From Thermotogaceae bacterium (GTDB lineage Bacteria > Thermotogota > Thermotogae > B21-G9 > HyVt-16), in contig JARRBB010000002.1 of NCBI GenBank assembly GCA_029981435.1, positions 1,042-65,041 of the forward strand: a DNA stretch of 64,000 nt, read 5' to 3'. The position numbers and the translations under genes were made by a program. The notes beneath the pieces were generated by a model that made no database searches, had not been told where the DNA came from, and was given only the letters and a program-made list of their open reading frames with translations. This document shows positions 39,258 to 49,733 of this stretch, one piece after another (within the stretch, counting starts at the first letter, position 1; every line of letters starts with the position of its first letter).

Positions 39258-39740
39258 ATGTTTTTTTCGGTGTTTATTGTGACATTTTTCACTTGGCTAA
39301 TTTTGACTAACAGTCTTGAGCCATCTGAAGTTGTAATCGGTTTGATAGTTTCGATAGTTGTTTCCACTACTTTTACCAGATATTATTCGATAAAATTTGA
39401 TTGGAAACTTCCAGTTAGAATTTTGAGGTTCGTTTTCATTTATCTACCAGTTTTTATATGGGAAATGATAAAAGCAAATCTTGATGTTGCAGTAAGAGTA
39501 CTTAATCCCTCTCTACCTCTTAACCCAGGATTTGTAAAAGTAAAAACATCTTTAAAAGGTAAGAATTCTAAGCTTGCACTTGCAAATTCTATCACACTAA
39601 CTCCCGGAACTCTGACTCTTGACGTGAAAGATGAAGAATTATACATTCATTGGGTCGATGTAAAAGCAACTTCTGAAGAGCAGAAACAAAAACACATAAC
39701 AACGAAATTTGAAAAGATTTTAAAGAAAATCTTTGAATAA
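39258..39740 (+). CDS. Mbx/Mrp subunit A (MnhE-like)
   Basis: ANLDVAVRVL, LANSITLTPGTL, LYIHW. Confidence 0.92.
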   Translation: MFFSVFIVTFFTWLILTNSLEPSEVVIGLIVSIVVSTTFTRYYSIKFDWKLPVRILRFVFIYLPVFIWEMIKANLDVAVRVLNPSLPLNPGFVKVKTSLKGKNSKLALANSITLTPGTLTLDVKDEELYIHWVDVKATSEEQKQKHITTKFEKILKKIFE

Positions 39741-39791
39741 CTCAGATTTGAAGGGAGGTGTAGTTGTTCCTAAGAGGAACAACATTGAGCC

Positions 39792-40049
39792 ATGAGTATT
39801 TTAAGCTACCTGTTTTTTGGCCTAATTGGCTTGGGAGTAATTTTAGCATTTTTACGCATGATACTTGGTCCTACGAGTGCCGATAGATTAGCAGCTTTAG
39901 ATATGCTGAATATTATACTAACAGGAACAATAGCAATCCTTGCTTTGACTTTCAACAATGGTTTGTATCTGGACATTGCATTGGTGTATGGACTATTATC
40001 TTTCGTTGAAACTATCGTGATAGCAAGATATCTGGAGGCGAAAAAATGA
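39792..40049 (+). CDS. Mbx/Mrp subunit B (MnhF-like)
   Basis: GPTSADRLAALD, YLDIALVYGLLSF, ARYL. Confidence 0.92.
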   Translation: MSILSYLFFGLIGLGVILAFLRMILGPTSADRLAALDMLNIILTGTIAILALTFNNGLYLDIALVYGLLSFVETIVIARYLEAKK

Positions 40050-40384
40050 GTATAATCGGCTATTTACTGATAATCATCGGAGCTTTTTTTTATTTTCTTG
40101 GTGGTCTCGGTATGTTTAGAATGCCAGATGTATACAACAGGCTTCAGGCTGGTACCAAAGCAACAACCCTCGGAAGTTTTTCAACGCTGTTAGGAGTTGG
40201 ACTGGTCAATCCAGCATTTCTCGGAAAGGCTTTACTCATAATAGCTTTTATAGCTTTAACAAATCCCGTTGGAAGTTCGGTACTTGCCAGAGCAGCTTAT
40301 CTTAAAGGTGTAAAACCAACCTCCAAAACCGTTGTTGATGAATATGCCGACGAAGCAACAAAAAAGGCAGGTGAAGAACAATGA
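40046..40384 (+). CDS. Mbx/Mrp subunit C (MnhG-like)
   Basis: RMPDVYNRLQAGTKATTLG, LTNPVG. Confidence 0.92.
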   Translation: MSIIGYLLIIIGAFFYFLGGLGMFRMPDVYNRLQAGTKATTLGSFSTLLGVGLVNPAFLGKALLIIAFIALTNPVGSSVLARAAYLKGVKPTSKTVVDEYADEATKKAGEEQ

Positions 40385-40620
40385 CGGCAGCAACGATATT
40401 CGTGGGAATACTTATGGTGATTTCAGGTATACTTGCCATTGAATCAAAAAAGCTTCTTGACTCTTTCATATTCCTCTCTCTTTTAAGCCTTTTATCGGTT
40501 TTCTTATTCATTGTCCTGAAAGCTCCAGATGTTGCCATAACTGAGGCTTCGGTTGGTGCTGGTCTTGTGACAGCTGTGTTAATACTCGCCCTTAGAAAAA
40601 TAGGGGGGGATGAAAAGTGA
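40381..40620 (+). CDS. Mbx subunit D (DUF4040 / MnhB-related)
   Basis: APDVAITEASVGAG. Confidence 0.9.
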   Translation: MTAATIFVGILMVISGILAIESKKLLDSFIFLSLLSLLSVFLFIVLKAPDVAITEASVGAGLVTAVLILALRKIGGDEK

Positions 40621-41345
40621 GAAGATTTCTTTCAGCGTTGATTGCCCTTGGTTTAATAATAATTCTCCTGGAATTTTTGAATCTTATACCTGATTTTGGA
40701 AATGTTGACCTTTCAAAACGTGTTTCAAATAGTTTTATCAACAAATCTGTCGATGGAAATAACGAAACGATAGAATTTAAAAAATCCAAAGATCTGGAAG
40801 ACGGTTCTGCAAATGTTGTCACATCTATTGTTGTTAATTACAGATCTTTTGATACTCTTGGAGAAGTGACGGTACTTTTTACGGCAGCCTTGGGTGTTGG
40901 GTTGATTCTTAAAGGCCTAAGAAGAAAAAGATTTTACCGAGAACCTAATTTTATCCTTAAAACGGCAAATGGAATACTTTTACCCCTGATATTTTTGTTT
41001 GGTGCATATATTTTCATACACGGGCATTTAACACCTGGGGGCGGATTCCCTGGTGGAACTATTATTGCTGCCGGAATATTAGTTTTATACCTTTCAAATG
41101 AAAAGTTCGAACTCTCTCATAGAGCTAAAATCCTTGAAAGTGGCATGGGAACAGTTTACGTACTGTTTGGATTAGTTGGGTTGATATTGAGTGGGATATT
41201 CTTAAGGAATTTTCTCCCAACAGGTGTTATTGGTGAATTGTTCAGTGCGGGTATCGTTCCTCTGATCTATGTGGCTATAGGCTTTAAAGTTGGTGCAGAG
41301 TTATCCAACTTGATTTCCGAGTTTCAAAAGGAGGGACAACAGTGA
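40617..41345 (+). CDS. Mbx subunit E/F (MnhB-like)
   Basis: NVVTSIVVNYRSFDTLGE, HGHLTPGGGFPGG. Confidence 0.9.
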   Translation: MRRFLSALIALGLIIILLEFLNLIPDFGNVDLSKRVSNSFINKSVDGNNETIEFKKSKDLEDGSANVVTSIVVNYRSFDTLGEVTVLFTAALGVGLILKGLRRKRFYREPNFILKTANGILLPLIFLFGAYIFIHGHLTPGGGFPGGTIIAAGILVLYLSNEKFELSHRAKILESGMGTVYVLFGLVGLILSGIFLRNFLPTGVIGELFSAGIVPLIYVAIGFKVGAELSNLISEFQKEGQQ

Positions 41346-41677
41346 TTTACTATATATCTATAATACTCATTGGTATTGGAGTTTATGGTTTACTTTCCCA
41401 AAAAAATCTTTTTAAGCATTTGATTTCTCTGGCTTTGATCGATACTGCGATTAATCTTTTTATAGTTTCTACAGGATACATTAATGGAAAAGAGGCACCT
41501 ATATATTCTGAATTTACTCCGATAGCTAATTTTGTTGATCCTCTACCTCAGGCTCTTGTTTTGACTGCGATAGTCATAGGTGTTGGAGTTTTAGCACTTG
41601 GAGCTGCGATGCTTATAAAAATCAAAGAAAAATATGGAACATTGAACGTGGAAGAGATAAGGAGGGGAGATAAATGA
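41342..41677 (+). CDS. Mbx subunit G (MnhC/NuoK-like)
   Basis: DPLPQALVLTAIVIG. Confidence 0.92.
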   Translation: MIYYISIILIGIGVYGLLSQKNLFKHLISLALIDTAINLFIVSTGYINGKEAPIYSEFTPIANFVDPLPQALVLTAIVIGVGVLALGAAMLIKIKEKYGTLNVEEIRRGDK

Positions 41678-43026
41678 TCTCTCTTATGATAGCAATTCCG
41701 CTTTTATTCGCATTTGTATCTATAGTTTTTAAAGGGTTGGCAAAATATGCTTTGCCTTTTATAGTTCTGCTGAACATATTGATTCTATTGATAGCATCAA
41801 CTCCCGTTGTTGAAAACATAGGTGGTTGGAAGGCACCTTTTGGTATTTCACTCGTTCTTGATGACGCGAGTTACTACGTGGTTTTGGTTGTTAATCTGAT
41901 TTTTCTTTTACTCTCTTTAATTCCTCAGATAATTGACAAAGGATATGACACGATTATTCTTTTACTTCTGACATCGACGAATGGTTTGGTACTAACTGGT
42001 GATCTTTTCAATTCTTTTGTTTTTATTGAAATCACAGCCGCAGCTGCTTACATTCTTGCGTATCACAGAAACAACCCTTACGGTGCTTTCAAATACCTTA
42101 TCATAGGTGGAATATCGGGAAGTTTTTATCTCCTTGGAACGATCTTTTCATATGTAGGTGCTGGCTCTTTAAACATGGCACATATATCCAATAATTCTTT
42201 TGGACAGTTAACAGCTGCCATCGCGATCTTGTTTATACTTGGGCTTGGAGTAGAGGCAAAATTGTTTCCATTGGCTGGATGGGTCCCAGATGTATACGCT
42301 TCAGGTTCATCATTAACTCCAACAATACTCGGAACAGCTATTACTTTTGCGATAATGTATCTAACAGGAAGAATATTCATAACAGTTTTACACGGTACCT
42401 TCTTGGATGTGCTGTATATCCTTGGACTTTTAACCGTGATAGTTGGTGAAGTTGCCGCTTTGAGACAAGATAAACTTTTAAGAGCTCTTGCTTACTCGTC
42501 TATCGCACAAGCAGGTTTAGTTGTTGCAGCTATTTCTTTAAACAACATTGATAGTCTAACAGGTGCGTATTTTCATTCGATGAACGACTTAACAGCTAAA
42601 TTCATCTTATTCCCAATAGCAACTGTTGTTATAAAAGGATTTGAAAAAGATAGATTAGCTGGGTTTGCATTTTCTGTCGCATCTTTTTCATTGATAGGTT
42701 TTCCTCTTTTTGCTGGATTTAGAAGTAAACTGTTGATAATCTCCAGTGCTTTTTCGGCAGGAAATTATATACTTCCAGCAGTACTGTTTTTTGCAAGTAT
42801 AGTGGAAGCAGCTTACTTGCTGAAATGGAACATAAAACTATGGTTCGAAAAATCCGATACTTCCAACAACATTCCCTGGAATTTAAAAACAATCGTTCTT
42901 GTACTTTCAATTCTGCTGCTAATTATTGGCATATATCCTGATCTGTATCTTGATGCATCAAGAAAAATAGCACAGTCAATTCTCGATACACAGGGTTACA
43001 TTAACTCTGTACTGGGAGGGATATAA
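41674..43026 (+). CDS. Mbx subunit H (MnhD/NuoN-like antiporter subunit)
   Basis: GDLFNSFVFIEI, KLFPLAGWVPDVY, LAYSSIAQ, GFPLFAGF. Confidence 0.9.
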   Translation: MISLMIAIPLLFAFVSIVFKGLAKYALPFIVLLNILILLIASTPVVENIGGWKAPFGISLVLDDASYYVVLVVNLIFLLLSLIPQIIDKGYDTIILLLLTSTNGLVLTGDLFNSFVFIEITAAAAYILAYHRNNPYGAFKYLIIGGISGSFYLLGTIFSYVGAGSLNMAHISNNSFGQLTAAIAILFILGLGVEAKLFPLAGWVPDVYASGSSLTPTILGTAITFAIMYLTGRIFITVLHGTFLDVLYILGLLTVIVGEVAALRQDKLLRALAYSSIAQAGLVVAAISLNNIDSLTGAYFHSMNDLTAKFILFPIATVVIKGFEKDRLAGFAFSVASFSLIGFPLFAGFRSKLLIISSAFSAGNYILPAVLFFASIVEAAYLLKWNIKLWFEKSDTSNNIPWNLKTIVLVLSILLLIIGIYPDLYLDASRKIAQSILDTQGYINSVLGGI

Positions 43027-44856
43027 ATGAGCCAACTTTTGTTGATATTATTTATAGGTAGTTTTCTTGTGTATCTTTTAACACGAATGAACTGGATTAT
43101 TGGAGTACTTGCTAACATTGGATTAGCTATCTATTCTTTTTATAGACTTTTCACATTTAAAGTTGGAACTTCGGAAAGTATCTTTTCTTTGATAGTCAAT
43201 CAAAATGGTACTCTTGTCTACTCAGAGCTTTCAAAGTTCTTTGGAATAATTAGTTTGATAGTCGCTATATCAGTATATTTTTTCCTTATAAACTGGTTGG
43301 AAAAACAAAAAAATCGTGCGGTATTTAATTTCTTTTTAGCCCTTATAACTGCTTCAACGCTCGGGGTTTTTTTCTCGGGAGATTTGCTAACATTATATAT
43401 TTTCTGGGAAATAATGCTTCTCTTCTCTGTTCTATTAGTTCAAATGGGGAAAGAAGATTCAAAAAAAGCAGCACTAAATTATCTAACTATAAGCTTAATA
43501 GGAAGCTACATGTATCTATACGCTGTTTTCATGCTTTGGAATAGATATGGAACATTGGTTATAAAGGACATCGTTCAAAAGATTTCAGTTGAAACATCAA
43601 TTTTCAAGTGGGCAGTACTAATTCTCATAGCTGCTGCTGGAATTGCGAAAAGTGGTATCTTTCCTCTTCATACGTGGCTTCGAACAACTCAAGGTTCTTC
43701 TCCTGATGCATTTAGTGCTATCCTGGCTGGTCAGTTAGAAAAACTCGGGGCTTATATGCTTGTACTTACAGTTGCAGTATTTCCAAGTCTGAAAATGTTC
43801 CCAGTCTTGTACGGTGGAATACCTGTATTCAATTATGTGTTAATTGTTTTAGGTATGATATCTATCTTAATAGGAACACTTATGGCAATAAAACAAAATG
43901 ACATGAAAATGCTTATTGCATACTCGACTGTTTCCAACAGTGGCTACATACTTATAGGGTTAGCTACCATGGATAAAATTGGATTCGCTGGCGGATTATT
44001 TCATGCGTTTAATCACGCTATTGCGTCAGTAATGATTTTTCTATCTTTTGCGGCGGTAATTTACAGAACAAAAACATCCAAAATCGATGAGATGGGCGGA
44101 TTGATTTGGAAAATGCCTTTGACCTTTATAACCTACTTGGTTGGAATAATCTCCCTCGCTGGTATCCCGCCTATGAGTGGATTTATTTCCAAATGGATGA
44201 TATTCGTTGTGCTGGTTAAAAAAGGCATGTTTTTGACTGCAGCTGCTGCATTCATAGGTAGTGTTGGATCTTTCTTGTATGTCTTTAGACCGCTCGCAGG
44301 TGTCTTTTTAGGACAATTGAAGAGTAAACATAAAGATGTCAAAGAAGTTCCAATATTCATGTTGATACCGATGCTCGTATTGGTAGTAATAACAGTATTT
44401 TTTGGAGTTATTCCTGGACCTGTTCTTAACATGATAACTGCCGTAGAGAAAGAGCTTAACATTCAACCACTTGAACACACCATGACAGTTATAAAATCCT
44501 CCGTTGGGCAATGGAATACATTAACCGTATTCACAATGTTTGCTGTTGGCTTCATAATTGCTTTCATACTCTATATGGTGTTTCCAAAAGCTAAGAGAAT
44601 ACCTCTTACAAATCAATATACAGCTGGCGAGTTTCTCTATAACTACGATTTGTATCATTATTCAACCAGATTTTATGCCTTTTTTGAACGACTATATGAA
44701 AAACACCCTTCAGTTGAAAAACTTTACGAAATGTTTGGAAAATTTTTCAAAGATATTGGAGAATTTCTGAATAGATGGTTTTATTCCGCAAGTCCAAGCG
44801 CTTATCTGTTGTGGTTTTCAATAGTACTATTAGCAATATTCTGGGTGAGGTGGTAA
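43027..44856 (+). CDS. Mbx subunit H' (second antiporter-like subunit)
   Basis: YIFWE, KSGIFPLHTW, IAYSTVS, GIPPMSGFISKW. Confidence 0.9.
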   Translation: MSQLLLILFIGSFLVYLLTRMNWIIGVLANIGLAIYSFYRLFTFKVGTSESIFSLIVNQNGTLVYSELSKFFGIISLIVAISVYFFLINWLEKQKNRAVFNFFLALITASTLGVFFSGDLLTLYIFWEIMLLFSVLLVQMGKEDSKKAALNYLTISLIGSYMYLYAVFMLWNRYGTLVIKDIVQKISVETSIFKWAVLILIAAAGIAKSGIFPLHTWLRTTQGSSPDAFSAILAGQLEKLGAYMLVLTVAVFPSLKMFPVLYGGIPVFNYVLIVLGMISILIGTLMAIKQNDMKMLIAYSTVSNSGYILIGLATMDKIGFAGGLFHAFNHAIASVMIFLSFAAVIYRTKTSKIDEMGGLIWKMPLTFITYLVGIISLAGIPPMSGFISKWMIFVVLVKKGMFLTAAAAFIGSVGSFLYVFRPLAGVFLGQLKSKHKDVKEVPIFMLIPMLVLVVITVFFGVIPGPVLNMITAVEKELNIQPLEHTMTVIKSSVGQWNTLTVFTMFAVGFIIAFILYMVFPKAKRIPLTNQYTAGEFLYNYDLYHYSTRFYAFFERLYEKHPSVEKLYEMFGKFFKDIGEFLNRWFYSASPSAYLLWFSIVLLAIFWVRW

Positions 44857-44858
44857 GA

Positions 44859-45740
44859 ATGACCATATTTAAAGTCGCAGCGGTATTGTTAACTGGTTTC
44901 TTTGTTGGTTTGACTCTTGAAGGAATTGCAAGAAAAATAATCGCCAGAGTTCAGAGAAGGTATGGACCGCCTTGGTATCAGAATTTCATAGATGTGTTCA
45001 AAGCACTTTCAAAACATGGGTTTTCACATGGATGGATATTCGATTTTGGAGTCTTGATGGCTCTTGGTGGGGTTATAGCAACTCTTTCTTTCGTGCCGCT
45101 TGGAAATCTTGTTGCATTTCCAGGACTTGATAATGTTTTTGTAGTATTGTATTTGTTTGCTGTTGGAGCACTTGGTATGGCTATGGGAATGGTCGGTTCG
45201 GGCAATCCCAATGCCTCGATAGGTGTTGCAAGAGCACTTACCCAGATGCTTGGATACGAAGTCCCTTACCTTGTAAGCTTAGCGGCAATTATTTTCTATT
45301 ACAAAACTTCTTCTATAAGTAATCTTATGAACCTGCAAGCTGATAGTTGGAACCTTTTTAAGATGCCAATAGGTGCAGCGGTTGCTTTCATATCTTTAAT
45401 GGGAATGCTCGGAAAAAAACCTTTCGACACACCAATTGCTCCGGCTGAAATAGCTTCAGGGCCGATGGTAGAATTGTCCTCAAAGTACATGGGACTTTTA
45501 ATGTTGATGCATACGTTTTCAATATTCGTAGAAATTTCCCTGTTTGTTGACATATTTCTTGGCGGTGGAAGTTATTTAGTATTTCTTTTAAAGTTCACAG
45601 TAGTGTGGATCATAGCAACGTTGATATCGGCTGTACTGCCACGTTTTAGAATAGAACAGGTTGTAAAATTCTACTGGCGTGTTCCTCTTGGCTTAGCATT
45701 TCTACAAGCATTTTTTGTGTTAATAGGATGGGTCTTTTAG
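44859..45740 (+). CDS. Mbx subunit M (NuoH-like)
   Basis: RKIIARVQRRYGPP, PFDTPIAPAEIASGPMVE, PRFRIEQ. Confidence 0.9.
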   Translation: MTIFKVAAVLLTGFFVGLTLEGIARKIIARVQRRYGPPWYQNFIDVFKALSKHGFSHGWIFDFGVLMALGGVIATLSFVPLGNLVAFPGLDNVFVVLYLFAVGALGMAMGMVGSGNPNASIGVARALTQMLGYEVPYLVSLAAIIFYYKTSSISNLMNLQADSWNLFKMPIGAAVAFISLMGMLGKKPFDTPIAPAEIASGPMVELSSKYMGLLMLMHTFSIFVEISLFVDIFLGGGSYLVFLLKFTVVWIIATLISAVLPRFRIEQVVKFYWRVPLGLAFLQAFFVLIGWVF

Positions 45741-45752
45741 GAGGTGCCTGTG

Positions 45753-46292
45753 ATGAGCTATGAAAGAACTATTTGGGAGAAGATAGCTGACAATCTTAGA
45801 AGCAGATCTATGTGGATGCTTCATTATTGTACTGGATGTGGTGCTGTTGAACTACCACCTTCCATGACTTCAAGGTTCGATATGGAAAGGCTTGGTATGG
45901 GCCCAATGGCCACTCCAAGACAAGCTGACATATTTTTAATAACCGGATACCTAAGCGTTAAAACTTTACGAAGAGTTATATACACTTACGAACAAATGCC
46001 AGATCCAAAATACGTTGTTGGTTTTGGTTCATGTACAATCAACGGAGGAATTTACTATGATTCTTATGCAACGATAAATAGAGTAGATTATTACATACCA
46101 GTGGATCTATACATTGCGGGTTGTATGCCAAGACCTGAAGCAATTTTTGAAGCATTTACAGAACTTATGAGAATGATAAGAAAAGGTGAGGCAATAGGCT
46201 GGAAAAAATACAAGGAAAACTACGAATGGTATAAGCAAAATCAGCTTAAGTCCCTCGGGGAGGTGTATGTCCATGATGAATTCCATGAATGA
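45753..46292 (+). CDS. Mbx subunit J (NuoB-like Fe-S subunit)
   Basis: YCTGCGAVE, TPRQAD, GSCTINGG, AGCMPRPE. Confidence 0.92.
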   Translation: MSYERTIWEKIADNLRSRSMWMLHYCTGCGAVELPPSMTSRFDMERLGMGPMATPRQADIFLITGYLSVKTLRRVIYTYEQMPDPKYVVGFGSCTINGGIYYDSYATINRVDYYIPVDLYIAGCMPRPEAIFEAFTELMRMIRKGEAIGWKKYKENYEWYKQNQLKSLGEVYVHDEFHE

Positions 46293-46803
46293 CTTGTTGG
46301 AAGAACTTAAAAAACTGTTTGGAAACTTCGAAGTACAGGAAATAGATGAAAGAGAAGTAAAAATAGACGTTGAATCAGATAAAGTGGTTGGAATATTAAC
46401 AACCTTAAAAAGCAAAGGATACTCCCATTTATCACTCTTGACATGTGTTGACTGGATTAATGAGAACAAATTCGAACTTATTTATATCCTTTATTCTTGG
46501 CAAAATGGTTGCAAATTCATTGTTGCTACATGGATAGAAAGAAAGAACCCGAAATTTGTAACCGTTATGAATTTATGGCCAGTTGCAAGATTTTACGAAA
46601 GGGAAATACACGAATTTTTTGGTGTTGAATTTGAAGGTAACGATGATATGAAACCACTTATACTGGAACTTTGGGACGACATACCACCTTTGAGGAAAGA
46701 TTTTGACCCGCTTGAATATTCTAAAAAGAAATTCCCTGGAAGACAGTATGATAAAGATGTGATTCAAGAAGCTTTGATCTTCAGAGGTGATAAAAATGGG
46801 TGA
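46273..46803 (+). CDS. Mbx subunit K (NuoC-like)
   Basis: LTCVD, YEREIHEFFGVEFEG, PPLRKDF. Confidence 0.9.
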   Translation: MMNSMNDLLEELKKLFGNFEVQEIDEREVKIDVESDKVVGILTTLKSKGYSHLSLLTCVDWINENKFELIYILYSWQNGCKFIVATWIERKNPKFVTVMNLWPVARFYEREIHEFFGVEFEGNDDMKPLILELWDDIPPLRKDFDPLEYSKKKFPGRQYDKDVIQEALIFRGDKNG

Positions 46804-47899
46804 AGTGAAACTTTTCTTTGGTCCAAATCATCCAGGGATGCATGGTAATTTTTCGGTTCATCTGTATGTTGAAGGAGATACAGTTGTAAAGGCAAAACCA
46901 CTTCCTGGTTTTCTTCATAGAGGTTTTGAAAAACTTATGGAAAGAAGAACATGGTTTCAAAACGTTGCACTTATACCTCGTATATGCGTCCCAGAACCTG
47001 ATATAAATGAAGTTTGCTATTCAATGGCAATTGAAAAAATAGCAAAAATTGATGTTCCAGAAAGAGCCCAGTGGATAAGGATGATCGTACTTGAACTTGC
47101 CAGAATAGCCAACCACCTTTGGAGTTTTGCAGGAATAGGAGGCCCCTTAGGACTGTATACTGGCCCATTTTGGGGTGTCGCTGATAGAGATAGAATACTG
47201 GACATCTTTGAACAGCTCACCGGTGCGCGTATTTATCATATGTACATAATACCTGGCGGAGTTAGAAAAGAAATGCCATCAAAGATACAGGATATGATAT
47301 CTCAAACTCTTGATTATATTGAATCAAGGCTACCCGATTACGAAAACTTGATTCTTAGAAACAGGATAGTTCAAACTCGTTTAAAAGGTATTGCACTTCT
47401 TGATAGAGAATCCGCACTTACAATGGGAGTAACCGGCATAGGTTTGAGAGCTACAGGTGTTCCATATGACCTAAGAAAGGTTGACCCATATCTTTACTAT
47501 AACTATGTTGATTTTGAGGTGCCAACAGCCACAGAAGGAGATGCTTATTCAAGGATTAAACTGAAATACTTGGAGATAAAGCAAAGCATAAGGATAATTA
47601 GACAAGTTCTGGAGAAGATGCCAGAAGGTCCAATCAACACGAAATTCAGTGATGGGAATGCTCTGAGATATAGAGTACCCAAAGGTTATGCATATGTCCA
47701 TGTCGAGGCTACAAGAGGTGAATACGGTTACTTCGTTGTTTCGAATGGTGAAGATAAACCATATAGGGTTACTGTAAGAGGCGCATCGTATCCTCAAGGA
47801 CTGTATGGTATAGAAAAGTATTTACCAGGCACAAGAATAGAAGATGTACCGATTTGGCTTGATACTATGGGTGTTTGTGCTCCTGAAATAGACAGATAA
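46796..47899 (+). CDS. Mbx subunit L (NuoD-like catalytic subunit lacking the NiFe ligand set)
   Basis: FGPNHPG, GFLHRGFEK, RICVPEPD and VCAPEIDR (one Cys at each end). Confidence 0.92.
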   Translation: MGEVKLFFGPNHPGMHGNFSVHLYVEGDTVVKAKPLPGFLHRGFEKLMERRTWFQNVALIPRICVPEPDINEVCYSMAIEKIAKIDVPERAQWIRMIVLELARIANHLWSFAGIGGPLGLYTGPFWGVADRDRILDIFEQLTGARIYHMYIIPGGVRKEMPSKIQDMISQTLDYIESRLPDYENLILRNRIVQTRLKGIALLDRESALTMGVTGIGLRATGVPYDLRKVDPYLYYNYVDFEVPTATEGDAYSRIKLKYLEIKQSIRIIRQVLEKMPEGPINTKFSDGNALRYRVPKGYAYVHVEATRGEYGYFVVSNGEDKPYRVTVRGASYPQGLYGIEKYLPGTRIEDVPIWLDTMGVCAPEIDR

Positions 47900-47914
47900 C
47901 GGAGGTGCTGTGAA

Positions 47915-49729
47915 ATGGAAAAAAGTTTTTTTGCCCCGGTTAAAGCATGGAAATTTCTATTTGAAAAACCAGTTACTATAAAAGTACCGAAAGAAAAAAG
48001 AAAGGCGAGTGAAAGGTATAGAGGTTTCCACATAAACGATTGGGACAAGTGTATAGGCTGCGGAACCTGTTCAAAAGTTTGTCCTACCGATGCAATACAG
48101 ATGGTAGAAGTTCCCGTTCTGGAAAAAAAGTTTGGTGAAAAACCTCAAAGACCCTCGATAGATTATGGACGTTGTTCATTCTGTGCAATGTGTGTTGATA
48201 TATGTACAACTGGTTCTTTGCAGATGACACGTGAATATGTTCATCTATCATCTCAACCAGAAGCCTTCATTTTCGTACCAACTGAAAAAGGAATAAAAAA
48301 TGTTGAGAACGTTGAAATAGGCTGGATAAAAGACGAAGATTCTGAATTGCTTGAACTTGAACGTGTCGAAATGGAAATGATAGAAGCAGAGGAAAGAGTG
48401 AAGTCGTTTATAGAATACGTAAAAGGTTACAGCAAAGAACAGGCAATACATGAAGCTGCAAGGTGCGTTGAGTGTGGAATATGTACTGATAGATGTCCTG
48501 AACATATGGATATCCCTGAATACATAAAATCCATCTGGCTTGATGATCTTGAAGAAGGCTTAAGATGGCTTTACAAAACAAACCCATTGTCATCTGTTTG
48601 TGGAAGAGTTTGTACCCATAGATGTGAAGAAGTATGTGCTATATCCAACAGAGGAGAGGCAGTGGCAATAAGATGGTTGAAAAGATACATAGTTGATAAT
48701 GTACCCTCTGAAGATTATATGAAGATTTTGAATTTTAATCCCAAGCCGAAAGAAGAAAGAATAGCTATCGTCGGTTCTGGACCAGCGGGACTTTCTGCGG
48801 CATATTTTCTGGCAACTATGGGATACAAAGTTGATATTTTCGAATCCTTGGCAAAACCTGGTGGTGTTATGAGATACGGTATCCCAAGGTACAGACTTCC
48901 TGATGAAGCACTCGATAAAGATATTGCTTTAATACAGGCACTTGGGGTTAGAATATTCACAAACACAACAATTGGAAAAGATATAAAGTTGGAAGAATTA
49001 AAAGAAAAATATGATGCAATTTTTGTCTCCACTGGATTCACACTTGGTCGTTCAACTGGTGTTCCTGGCACTGACCATCCTAAGGTTGTACAAGCACTTC
49101 CGTTGCTAAAAGATATAAGAGATTACTTGAGAGGCGAAGCTCCAAAGCCTGAAATACCAGAAACTCTTGTGGTAATAGGTGGAGGAAATGTTGCAATGGA
49201 TGTGGCGAGAAGTGTTGCAAGACTTCAGAAGATGGAATATGGAAAGGTCAATGTAAAACTTGCATGTCTTGAAAGAAATTTTGAAGAAATGCCAGCGGAT
49301 ATGGAAGAAATTATTGAAGGAAAAGAAGAAGGTGTAGAATTTTATCCCGGTTGGGGTCCTATAAGAATCATGATAGAAAAAGATGAAATAAAAGGTGTCG
49401 AATTTCAAAAGTGCCTGGAAGTTTTCGATTCAGATGGTAAGTTCAACCCAAAATTCGATGCTAATAACAAGATGATACTCCAAGGCGACATGGTTGTTGA
49501 AGCAATTGGACAGGCACCTGATTACTCTTATCTTCCAGAGGAAATAAAGTCTAAATTGCAATTTATAAGAGGAAGAATCCTGACAAACGAATACAGGCAA
49601 ACAGATATTCCATGGTTGTTTGCGGGAGGTGATATTGTTAACGGCCCAGATATCATACATGGCGTTGCAGATGGCTACTGGGCTGCTCGAGGTATAGATG
49701 ATTATTTATCAAGTAAAGAAAGGAGTTGA
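47915..49729 (+). CDS. Fusion of MbxN/NuoI-like 2x[4Fe-4S] ferredoxin with a GltD/SudA-like FAD/NAD(P)H oxidoreductase
   Basis: CIGCGTCSKVCP, CSFCAMCVDICT, then CVECGICTDRCP, CGRVC, GSGPAG, GGGNVA, FAGGD. Confidence 0.9.
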   Translation: MEKSFFAPVKAWKFLFEKPVTIKVPKEKRKASERYRGFHINDWDKCIGCGTCSKVCPTDAIQMVEVPVLEKKFGEKPQRPSIDYGRCSFCAMCVDICTTGSLQMTREYVHLSSQPEAFIFVPTEKGIKNVENVEIGWIKDEDSELLELERVEMEMIEAEERVKSFIEYVKGYSKEQAIHEAARCVECGICTDRCPEHMDIPEYIKSIWLDDLEEGLRWLYKTNPLSSVCGRVCTHRCEEVCAISNRGEAVAIRWLKRYIVDNVPSEDYMKILNFNPKPKEERIAIVGSGPAGLSAAYFLATMGYKVDIFESLAKPGGVMRYGIPRYRLPDEALDKDIALIQALGVRIFTNTTIGKDIKLEELKEKYDAIFVSTGFTLGRSTGVPGTDHPKVVQALPLLKDIRDYLRGEAPKPEIPETLVVIGGGNVAMDVARSVARLQKMEYGKVNVKLACLERNFEEMPADMEEIIEGKEEGVEFYPGWGPIRIMIEKDEIKGVEFQKCLEVFDSDGKFNPKFDANNKMILQGDMVVEAIGQAPDYSYLPEEIKSKLQFIRGRILTNEYRQTDIPWLFAGGDIVNGPDIIHGVADGYWAARGIDDYLSSKERS

Positions 49730-49733
49730 TATC

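Noticed and set aside
45753-47899. NiFe hydrogenase or canonical complex I
   Set aside because: The large subunit lacks both CxxC Ni-binding pairs, there are no nuoA/EFG genes, and an Mrp-type module is present.
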